Notes under the pieces: model-generated
Database searches by the model: none
What the model was told of the DNA's origin: nothing
The model's input: only the letters and a program-made list of their open reading frames with translations
In this document: one piece after another, positions 28,372 through 35,430 of the stretch
How the letters are laid out: each line of letters begins with the position of its first letter
Numbering within the stretch: position 1 is the stretch's first letter
Program-made: the position numbers and the translations under genes
From: a virus
Lineage: Duplodnaviria > Caudoviricetes
DNA length: 50,141 bases
Direction: 5' to 3' (one strand)
Virus record (IMG/VR): IMGVR_UViG_3300030099_002171
Span: 1 to 50,141 of that record

Positions 28372-28555
28372 TATTAAGAAGTGGTTTAGATTATTTAAAA
28401 AATATACGCTTCAAGGAGTTGCAGCTACCGCAGCATTGCTTGCTATTGCTCTTATACTGCAACATTTATTAATTTTTACGGGAATTGCCTTGCTTATGGG
28501 TATATCTCTTTATTTACTTTACAGGAGTGTTAATTATGCCAAGTTTGCTATCTAG
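28349..28555 (+). CDS. Small membrane protein
   Basis: Basic N-terminus and long hydrophobic stretch; GGAGG RBS. Confidence 0.55.
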   Translation: MGKLSKSNIKKWFRLFKKYTLQGVAATAALLAIALILQHLLIFTGIALLMGISLYLLYRSVNYAKFAI

Positions 28556-28688
28556 TATTACCACAGCTTTGTGGATACTTATCGAACTAATACAGTTTGC
28601 CTACATGGCTTACATAATGTGGAAACAGAGGAACAATGTTAACTATAGGAATATTCAGCGCGCTAGGGCTGCTGCTGCTAGCGCTTAA
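28536..28688 (+). CDS. Small single-TM protein
   Basis: AGGAG RBS before ATG 28536; MPSLLSSITTALWILIELIQ... Confidence 0.5.
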   Translation: MPSLLSSITTALWILIELIQFAYMAYIMWKQRNNVNYRNIQRARAAAASA

Positions 28689-28977
28689 AATCGGCGGTCG
28701 TAAAACAATTGGTCATGATGTTCTTGCAGATATACTTATCACTGCAACTCTTATGGTTATGTTTTATGGCACTTACAGCGGCATGACTGCCGCAATGGTT
28801 GGCGGTTTAGTTGCATCTATTACTTTATTCTTAATGAAAAAAGTTATGGTGCACAAAAAACTGCAGATTGAAACCTACAAGAAAAAAGTGCTTGGTGTAA
28901 AACTACCTATGCTAAGTTTTTCTTGGCAAACAAAACAACCCGATTGGCGTCACCATAATCAATATTGGAAAAAATAA
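28636..28977 (+). CDS. Membrane protein (about 3 TM)
   Basis: 113 aa; hydrophobic helices, F.GTYSGM..A..GG. Confidence 0.65.
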   Translation: MLTIGIFSALGLLLLALKIGGRKTIGHDVLADILITATLMVMFYGTYSGMTAAMVGGLVASITLFLMKKVMVHKKLQIETYKKKVLGVKLPMLSFSWQTKQPDWRHHNQYWKK

Positions 28978-29237
28978 TGGATGAAAAAGAACTAGAAAAA
29001 ATAGCTACAGGTTATGTGCAGTATCTAATGGTAAAGCGCGAAAGTCATGGAATGACTATAGATTGGAAAGCTACTTATGAACAGTATGAAGAGTATTCTG
29101 ATTACATGGTAGAACAAATGAATTTAGCTAAACCTGAAGATAAACAACACTATAGGGATGGTCTTTTACTTATGGATAAAATAGTAAAAGTCATGCAAGC
29201 CTATGAAATACAATTAAATAACGAGGAGAATGAATGA
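28977..29237 (+). CDS. Hypothetical protein
   Basis: Frame of ORF 28965-29237; TAATG coupling suggests a start at 28977. Confidence 0.6.
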   Translation: MDEKELEKIATGYVQYLMVKRESHGMTIDWKATYEQYEEYSDYMVEQMNLAKPEDKQHYRDGLLLMDKIVKVMQAYEIQLNNEENE

Positions 29238-29416
29238 AACTTAACTTAGAAAAAAGAAATGGAAAACAGAAAGAGACAATAGCTATCAGAGTTCCGCCAG
29301 CAACAAAAAAGGAATGGTACGCCATAATAAAAGCGCATCCGGGATATACAGGTGGAGAGCTTTTTGACTTAGCACTAAGGGCATTAATTAAAGAATATGG
29401 AGAAAATAATGGCTAA
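29234..29416 (+). CDS. Putative ribbon-helix-helix DNA-binding protein
   Basis: 60 aa; TIAIRVP strand followed by two helices. Confidence 0.5.
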   Translation: MKLNLEKRNGKQKETIAIRVPPATKKEWYAIIKAHPGYTGGELFDLALRALIKEYGENNG

Positions 29417-29609
29417 CGAACAAACATTCATAGACGAAACTTTTAGAGGCGAGGCTCAAGGTGGCTTTTATTTTAGAAATGTAGACATGAAACACCACTT
29501 TGAAAAAGTAAAGAATAATGGTAAAAAGGTAGTAGGAATAATCGTTACCGAAGGCGAAAACGAGATTGAACTTATTTGCCAGGATATACCTGATGAAGAA
29601 GTACTTTGA
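29397..29609 (+). CDS. Hypothetical protein
   Basis: GGAG RBS suggests a start at 29409; GGFYFR..D. Confidence 0.6.
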   Translation: MEKIMANEQTFIDETFRGEAQGGFYFRNVDMKHHFEKVKNNGKKVVGIIVTEGENEIELICQDIPDEEVL

Positions 29610-30000
29610 ACATATGCCTGATTATATGTCTAACAACTTAAGCCATGCGGCTAAAGTTGAAATGAAACGAGCAAAGAAACATGGAAGACTAATGGGAATG
29701 GTAAAAGAAAAAATGCAAGACTTTGAAGACAACTACAAAGATTTCTTTGATCAATGTTGGTCAGAGTTTAGTCAACTTCATCCTAATCCTAAAGTAAAAA
29801 TTTTAAGTCTTTTATTAGAAGAAGATGTAACTTATTCAGAAGCTTGTTTTGTGTATTTTAGTGAAAATTTTAGTAATTATATGTACAACAGTGCTGCGAC
29901 TAAAGAATTAGAAGCAGTAGTAGAAGAAGCTTTTGAGAACGAATATCCATTTTTAGAAGACTACTATGAACAATTTATTGAAAGATTCAAATTATCATAA
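29566..30000 (+). CDS. Hypothetical protein
   Basis: ORF within the early operon; probable start at 29593. Confidence 0.55.
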   Translation: MNLFARIYLMKKYFEHMPDYMSNNLSHAAKVEMKRAKKHGRLMGMVKEKMQDFEDNYKDFFDQCWSEFSQLHPNPKVKILSLLLEEDVTYSEACFVYFSENFSNYMYNSAATKELEAVVEEAFENEYPFLEDYYEQFIERFKLS

Positions 30001-30130
30001 GTTTGTATGGCAAATGTACAAAGAAAATTGTAAAGAAAGATCTTATTACAATGAACAACCATACAATACTGTTGATGAATATGAACAAGATCACAGAAAT
30101 TTTTTAATAAAAGCTTATCGTAAGACTTAG
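29966..30130 (+). CDS. Small hypothetical protein (54 aa; not in the ORF track)
   Basis: MNNLLKDSNYHKFVWQMYKENCKERSYYNEQPY...YRKT*. Confidence 0.55.
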   Translation: MNNLLKDSNYHKFVWQMYKENCKERSYYNEQPYNTVDEYEQDHRNFLIKAYRKT

Positions 30131-30557
30131 ATTGATACGACCGAGGAGGCCAGAGCTCCAATTGCAGCGTAGATTCGCGGCCCGTTGCCCTCTAGACACC
30201 ACATCTAATTTTTACATCGTAAGAGTTAAGTTGATACGACCCTATCGTAAGTAGGGATACCTGGTAAGGTGTATTCTTTGTAAAAAGCGAGAATGGTTTT
30301 AAGTGAGGCTCTATAATACACAATAACCTCACCCTTGCCCGATAGCAGATACCAAGCTTAACTCTTACACTTAACACTAGCAGTGGTTAGTTGATACGAC
30401 CGGTTGTTCGACCTAGTGCGACTAGAGGTCCGAGAGCGTAAACGATTCGAACCAGCTATCTATAATTTACAACTAATGCTTTTACTAGCATAATTAGTCC
30501 AAGGTGATTTGATGAATCACACGATAGCGGATGCCCTGATACCAAGCTAACTGCTGC
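30120..30557 (+). ncRNA. Putative structured ncRNA array of three units with a conserved internal loop
   Basis: TTGATACGACC at 30132, 30231 and 30391, each facing YWGAYACCA at 30193, 30346 and 30536; flanking stems differ in sequence but keep pairing. Confidence 0.7.
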
Positions 30558-30563
30558 CCTGAA

Positions 30564-30645
30564 TTCGGCTCGCAAAATCCGAGAAAGGAGTTTGAGTAGA
30601 GAGCCGAGGGTTTAAATATAACCTTTTCATAGCTACTCAAACTCC
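30564..30645 (+). promoter_or_regulatory. Stem-loop / possible H-type pseudoknot upstream of the 30666 gene
   Basis: 13-bp GGAGTTTGAGTAG/CTACTCAAACTCC stem crossed by TCGGCTC/GAGCCGA. Confidence 0.55.
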
Positions 30646-30665
30646 GCTTAACATAGGAGAAAAAT

Positions 30666-31262
30666 ATGTATAGAAATGCCCATATGTACAACAATGCAGA
30701 ATCGCGTTGGTGTGATGAACAAGGAATACCCTATGTTCGAGATGGTTATTCTTTTGGCCCTGAAGAAATTAGAGATCTAATATTACAAAAAGAATATTAC
30801 ACTCTTGGGCGTTACAATAGATTTATTGATCTATTTCGTAACGGTAAAATGAAACACAAAGATGTTTTTCAAGAAGATGAATGGCTTATTATTCATCATA
30901 GTCAACGATATGTGCGTGCTCAAATAAAAGAATTTGGCCCGCGTAACGGTCGTATGAAAGTGCATAGATACAATGCTTTTGCCCAACAACAAATACCTAC
31001 AACAGATTATTTTACACATGAAAATAATATAGTTGTTCCTATGCACCATTATCCTTTAGACCATGGTAATGGTTACCCAGAAAAAGATTCTTGGAGTTAT
31101 AGGAAAACATATTACGCTAGTCCTTTTACTTGGGAAACAATTCCAATTAGACAACAAGTAGACAGAGCGGCTGAAGAAAGAACTTGGTTTGTTCCAGACT
31201 ACAATATATTTGCAGTAAACAAAGAAACTTTATTTAAACTTAAACTATTAGGAGCACAATGA
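30666..31262 (+). CDS. Hypothetical protein (aromatic-rich)
   Basis: 198 aa, AGGAG RBS. Confidence 0.7.
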   Translation: MYRNAHMYNNAESRWCDEQGIPYVRDGYSFGPEEIRDLILQKEYYTLGRYNRFIDLFRNGKMKHKDVFQEDEWLIIHHSQRYVRAQIKEFGPRNGRMKVHRYNAFAQQQIPTTDYFTHENNIVVPMHHYPLDHGNGYPEKDSWSYRKTYYASPFTWETIPIRQQVDRAAEERTWFVPDYNIFAVNKETLFKLKLLGAQ

Positions 31263-31861
31263 ACATATTTATAACAAGTAGCGACCCTGCTAAATGCGCC
31301 ACTGATTTACCAGATAAACTTTTGGTAAAAATGGTTTTAGAGACAGCTCAAATACTATGCACTGCGCACAGAGAGCTAGACGGAGATCAATACGCAGACA
31401 AACATAATTTATATAAAGCTGCTTATATACATCACCCAGCGGTAAAATGGGTACAAACAGATTTTAAAGTTTATTGGTGGACTTATGCGCTTTTTGTGCA
31501 TTTGACTTATGAATATTTTCTTCGATATGGAAAGCAACATGCCTGTGCTAATCTAACTGGACCGCTACACGAAATACCAAAAAATATTCCTCGTAGTAGC
31601 ATTACCATATATCAACTACTTACTACCGCTCCATTGTGCATGCCAGATGTATATAAAACAGAATATTCTTACTATTACCATGACGACATGAAATACGATC
31701 TTGAAAAATCCTATCAAAAATATTTAGCATTAGGTAAAGAATATATCGAAGACGCTACCGCTTGGAGTAAAGGTAGATCAGCTCCTGATTGGTTTTACAA
31801 AATCAAAGGAATTGAAAATTTTTCTGCAAATCAACCGGAGGAAAAACATGACTGGGAATGA
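31259..31861 (+). CDS. Pyrimidine-dimer DNA glycosylase (DenV superfamily)-like protein
   Basis: MNIF...P..CA...DK..VKM.LE.AQIL...HP...W...Y..RYGK.H...PLCMP. Confidence 0.75.
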   Translation: MNIFITSSDPAKCATDLPDKLLVKMVLETAQILCTAHRELDGDQYADKHNLYKAAYIHHPAVKWVQTDFKVYWWTYALFVHLTYEYFLRYGKQHACANLTGPLHEIPKNIPRSSITIYQLLTTAPLCMPDVYKTEYSYYYHDDMKYDLEKSYQKYLALGKEYIEDATAWSKGRSAPDWFYKIKGIENFSANQPEEKHDWE

Positions 31862-32060
31862 CGATGAATTTATGGATGAGCTTGCAGATATGCTTACCGA
31901 TGTAATAGACTTGAAAGATATGCCACCGCCATCAGAAATGAAACGGTATTTAGTGCAAATCTACAATACTACAAAAGACGAAAACGAAAAGAAAACTATT
32001 CGACAAATTTGGAAATTAGAACAGGAAGCAGTAGAAAAGTTAAATGACCAACAAGATTGA
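31848..32060 (+). CDS. Hypothetical protein
   Basis: GGAGG RBS before MTGNDDEF; frame of ORF 31812-32060. Confidence 0.55.
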   Translation: MTGNDDEFMDELADMLTDVIDLKDMPPPSEMKRYLVQIYNTTKDENEKKTIRQIWKLEQEAVEKLNDQQD

Positions 32061-32262
32061 TCCAGAACATTATAGATATAGCGAGATACAATGTATTGAC
32101 GCGATTAAAGCTAGTCTTACTAAAGATCAATTCCATGGCTATTTAAAAGCTACCATAATTAAATACTTGTGGCGGTATGAAAAGAAAAATGGCTTAGAGG
32201 ACTTACAAAAAGCTGACTGGTTCTTACGTAAACTAATGTATGAGATAGAACATGAAAACTAA
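32044..32262 (+). CDS. DUF3310 / T7 gp1.7-like nucleotide kinase domain protein
   Basis: P.HY....IQCID.I...KYLWR...KNGLEDL.KA.W. Confidence 0.85.
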   Translation: MTNKIDPEHYRYSEIQCIDAIKASLTKDQFHGYLKATIIKYLWRYEKKNGLEDLQKADWFLRKLMYEIEHEN

Positions 32263-32608
32263 TATATCAATTGAACTAACCGACAAAGAACGAATGAACC
32301 TTGGACAAAAGTTTTATAAAAAGAAACGTATGATAACGCGTGCTGATCTTAATCAGATTGTAAAAAAGTTTATTAACGATGTTATAGAAGCAACACCCCC
32401 TTCACCACAAGAAAGACTTGACGATCCTTTACTAACTAAAGAATGGACTAGTCTATCTCAACTTAAAGATTACTTACTTAAACAAGATCAAATTAATATC
32501 GTACATTTTGATGGTTTTGAGCTAGTAGTAAAAGATAAACAAAATATACATCACTCATACACCCTGGGTGATCAATTGTATAAACAAAAAAAGGGCCTAC
32601 CGAAGTAA
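32252..32608 (+). CDS. Hypothetical protein
   Basis: 118 aa, overlaps the previous stop. Confidence 0.6.
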   Translation: MKTNISIELTDKERMNLGQKFYKKKRMITRADLNQIVKKFINDVIEATPPSPQERLDDPLLTKEWTSLSQLKDYLLKQDQINIVHFDGFELVVKDKQNIHHSYTLGDQLYKQKKGLPK

Positions 32609-32616
32609 GCCCTTTT
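32586..32616. terminator. Bidirectional intrinsic terminator between convergent genes
   Basis: A-tract, AGGGC.TAC-CGAA-GTA.GCCCT stem, TTTT. Confidence 0.7.
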
Positions 32617-32673
32617 ACACTCATTGATACTATAGGAGAAAATCAACTCCTAAAGTTTAAGTTATATTTACTA

Positions 32674-33135
32674 TTAAGTAAAGTACCCATAAACTGTAAT
32701 AGTACCAGCAGCACCTGTAGCAGGTCCAACTTGTACGTGAATATCAATAGTAGTATCTGCACTGAACTCAATTGGTTCGATTGCATCATCATCAGCACTT
32801 AACGAACTGAATAATTCAATACCACCACCTTGAGCAATAGTAGATCCATCTTTAATTGCAGTAGAAGTACCTGTAGTTTCAGTATCAGTATTTGTATGAC
32901 CGATATCTAATACAATTGCAGGAGATCCATTTGTGTCAAGATCAGTAGATACTACTCTTAATGCGTGCAGAGTCTCCCCAGCAAAAGCATCTAGAGCTTG
33001 TATTACATCATTAAGCACTAACACAGGAGTAGTAATTGTAGCTTTTCTTACAAACATTTGCCCTTCAGGGAAACCTTTAAAAGCTTGATTACTTTCTACG
33101 TTACCACTTTTTCTTAGAGTTGCTATTGTAGCCAT
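32674..33135 (-). CDS. Putative capsid decoration / minor structural protein (inverted, isolated)
   Basis: 153 aa, beta-rich; DLDTNGSP...LDIG...GTITVYGYF; AGGTG RBS. Confidence 0.55.
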   Translation of the reverse strand: MATIATLRKSGNVESNQAFKGFPEGQMFVRKATITTPVLVLNDVIQALDAFAGETLHALRVVSTDLDTNGSPAIVLDIGHTNTDTETTGTSTAIKDGSTIAQGGGIELFSSLSADDDAIEPIEFSADTTIDIHVQVGPATGAAGTITVYGYFT

Positions 33136-33185
33136 TTAATCACCTTTGATTTAGTTAAATTACAGCACCACTTAAATTTGTGATA

Positions 33186-33225
33186 CCCTATGCTTTAAAC
33201 ATAAAGCATTTAGGATAAATGTCAA
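33186..33225 (-). promoter_or_regulatory. Sigma70-like promoter with an overlapping palindrome
   Basis: TTGACA (33225-33220), 16 nt, TATGTT; ATGCTTTA-N4-TAAAGCAT at 33190-33209. Confidence 0.55.
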
Positions 33226-33242
33226 TCAGTTAGGACAACGAT

Positions 33243-33443
33243 ATGTCAACTTACGTTTACGTAAAAAGAAACACTAAACATCCATATACTTACTCTGATG
33301 TAGATGCACCTTACATGCAGTTCAAAAGAGTGCGAATGGGCGTTGCCTACAACATGTTTAACTCCAAAGTCGGTTGGGAACGCGCGAAAAAAGGAGACTA
33401 CGAACATTGGCGTAAGCTAATGCAACAAATTAAAAACTCATGA
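33243..33443 (+). CDS. Hypothetical protein
   Basis: 66 aa, AGGA RBS, ATGA-coupled to polA. Confidence 0.6.
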   Translation: MSTYVYVKRNTKHPYTYSDVDAPYMQFKRVRMGVAYNMFNSKVGWERAKKGDYEHWRKLMQQIKNS

Positions 33444-35242
33444 ATATAATTACACTAGACTTCGAAACTTATTACGATGCTCAACACTCGTTAAAGCATC
33501 TTAATACTGTGCAATACGTTAACTCAGATCTATTTAAAGTATGGGGCGTAGGCATAAAACTTAATGACAAGCCTACAGAATGGTTCGGCCCCGAAGAATG
33601 TACTGAAGCTATTCGAGCTATACAATGGGATGACGCCGCAGTTGTTTGCCACAACACACTGTTCGATGCCTATATACTTACACAGTACTACAAAGTGCAG
33701 CCGGCATATTACTACGACACAGCGGCCATGGCTCGTGGTATATCGCCAAATGAAAGTGCCTCATTAGCCAACGTAGCCGAACGTTTATTTCCACAAGATA
33801 AAACTATGCGTAAAGGCGATGAACTTGTTAACGCAAAAGGTATTTTTGACTTACCACCAGACATCGAAGAACAAATAGCTGGATATTGTATACAAGACGT
33901 AGATCTTACTTATGCAATATTCAAGGTTATGCTAGGCAACTACCCACAAAAAGAACTCGACTTGATTGATTTAACATGTCGAATGTTTGTGCAACCTAAA
34001 ATATTTTTAAATAAAAATTTATTAATAGCACACAAAGAACAAGTAGCTGCTGAAACAGAAAGTAAAATTGCAGCAAGTGGATTAACCAGAGAACAACTAG
34101 CCTCACAAAAACAATTTGCACAATACTTAACTGACGAATTATCAATTGTATTACCAACTAAAAAAAGCCCACGTACAGGTGAGCTCATACCTGCTTTTAG
34201 TAAAACCGATGCTGCTTATGTACAGATGTGTAACATGTACCCACAATACCAACACATCTGGGATGCCAGGGAGGCTGTAAAGTCACGTATCGAAGAAACG
34301 CGTGCCCAAAGATTATTAGATGGTTGTAATCCAGATGGTACTTTATCTGTGCCTTTAAAATATTATGCAGCACACACTGGCCGGTTTGGTGGTAGTGAAA
34401 AGATAAACTTACAAAACTTACCACGTGGATCTAAACTTCGTAATGCAATACAAGCGAGCTCTGGAGAGATGCTGTATATCGCAGATTTATCTAACATCGA
34501 AGCGCGTATGCTTGCTTGGTTAGCTAAAGAAGATGATTTAGTACAAGCATTCGCTGCAGGTGAAGATGTATACAGCAATTTTGCTAGTCAAATATATGGC
34601 AAAAAAGTTACTAAAGAAAATAAACTAGAAAGGTATGTAGGTAAAACCGCTATTCTTGGATTAGGTTATGGCATGGGGGCAGACAAATACCAAGCTATAC
34701 TCAAACAGGGATCTCCATCTATTGATGTAACAAAAGATACTGCATTAGGTATTGTCACTCAATACCGTGCTATGTACCCAAACATCCCTGCGTTATGGAG
34801 TATAGGTAAACAGTTACTATTTTCTATGTTAGATAGAACTGATATGAATACATCCTATGGGCCCTTAGCTGTTGCAAGTAATGCACTTAAGTTACCTAAT
34901 GATATGTATTTACAATATCCTCACTTACGATTTAATGCCGGCGAATTCGTGTATGACTCTGGTAGAAATGGTATTACACGTACGCATGGCCCTCGGTTGG
35001 TTGAGAATATTGTACAAGCATTAGCTCGTATAGTAATTACCGACCAAATGTTAACTATACAAAAGTTACCAGGAATACACGTTGTATTGACAGTTCATGA
35101 TGAAATCATTGCGTTAGGTTCAGATATGAATCCGAATGACACATTGAATAAAATTATGGCTATAATGACTACTCCACCTAATTGGTGTTCAGATTTACCT
35201 CTAGACGCCGAAGGATCATACAGCAAAATTTATGATAAATGA
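33440..35242 (+). CDS. polA: DNA polymerase family A with 3'-5' exonuclease
   Basis: ExoI DFET, ExoII HN..FD, ExoIII YC..D; HTGR, NLQNLPR; motif A DLSNIEAR, motif B K...LG..YG, motif C VHDE. Confidence 0.95.
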   Translation: MNIITLDFETYYDAQHSLKHLNTVQYVNSDLFKVWGVGIKLNDKPTEWFGPEECTEAIRAIQWDDAAVVCHNTLFDAYILTQYYKVQPAYYYDTAAMARGISPNESASLANVAERLFPQDKTMRKGDELVNAKGIFDLPPDIEEQIAGYCIQDVDLTYAIFKVMLGNYPQKELDLIDLTCRMFVQPKIFLNKNLLIAHKEQVAAETESKIAASGLTREQLASQKQFAQYLTDELSIVLPTKKSPRTGELIPAFSKTDAAYVQMCNMYPQYQHIWDAREAVKSRIEETRAQRLLDGCNPDGTLSVPLKYYAAHTGRFGGSEKINLQNLPRGSKLRNAIQASSGEMLYIADLSNIEARMLAWLAKEDDLVQAFAAGEDVYSNFASQIYGKKVTKENKLERYVGKTAILGLGYGMGADKYQAILKQGSPSIDVTKDTALGIVTQYRAMYPNIPALWSIGKQLLFSMLDRTDMNTSYGPLAVASNALKLPNDMYLQYPHLRFNAGEFVYDSGRNGITRTHGPRLVENIVQALARIVITDQMLTIQKLPGIHVVLTVHDEIIALGSDMNPNDTLNKIMAIMTTPPNWCSDLPLDAEGSYSKIYDK

Positions 35243-35427
35243 GTACATTACTCTTAACTAGAAAAGTCCAAGAAGGCGTTGTTATACACATAGAAGAGCT
35301 GGGCGAGATCGTCTGTGAGATAACAGTTACAAAAGTTGGATCAAAAAATGTTAAACTAGCATTCAAAGCAAGAGACGAAATAAAAATAGATAGGAAAGAA
35401 ATCTATTTAAAAAACAAGGAGAAATAA
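35239..35427 (+). CDS. csrA: CsrA/RsmA-like translational regulator
   Basis: LLLTRKVQEGVVI...ITVTKV...VKLAFKA...I.I.RKEIY parallels CsrA LILTR..GE...I...VTV......V.IG..AP....VHREEIY. Confidence 0.8.
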   Translation: MSTLLLTRKVQEGVVIHIEELGEIVCEITVTKVGSKNVKLAFKARDEIKIDRKEIYLKNKEK

Positions 35428-35430
35428 AAC

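Noticed and set aside
30332-30356. Resemblance to theophylline aptamer words (CCCUUG, GAUACCA)
   Set aside because: Incomplete match to a synthetic aptamer and not kept in all three units
30120-30557. CRISPR array, integron attC sites or tRNAs as an explanation of the repeats
   Set aside because: Repeats are bipartite and only 9-11 nt with irregular spacing. GTT...AAC is in the opposite order to attC and there is no integrase. No T-loop or D-loop tRNA consensus is present in the correct geometry.
29964-30694. Minus-strand ORFs 29964-30161, 30192-30377 and 30494-30694
   Set aside because: Short, no RBS, opposite to the operon; the region is better explained by base-paired structure
32628-32640. 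T7-like promoter (ACTATAGGAGA)
   Set aside because: No single-subunit RNA polymerase was recognised and the upstream sequence is not conserved among copies
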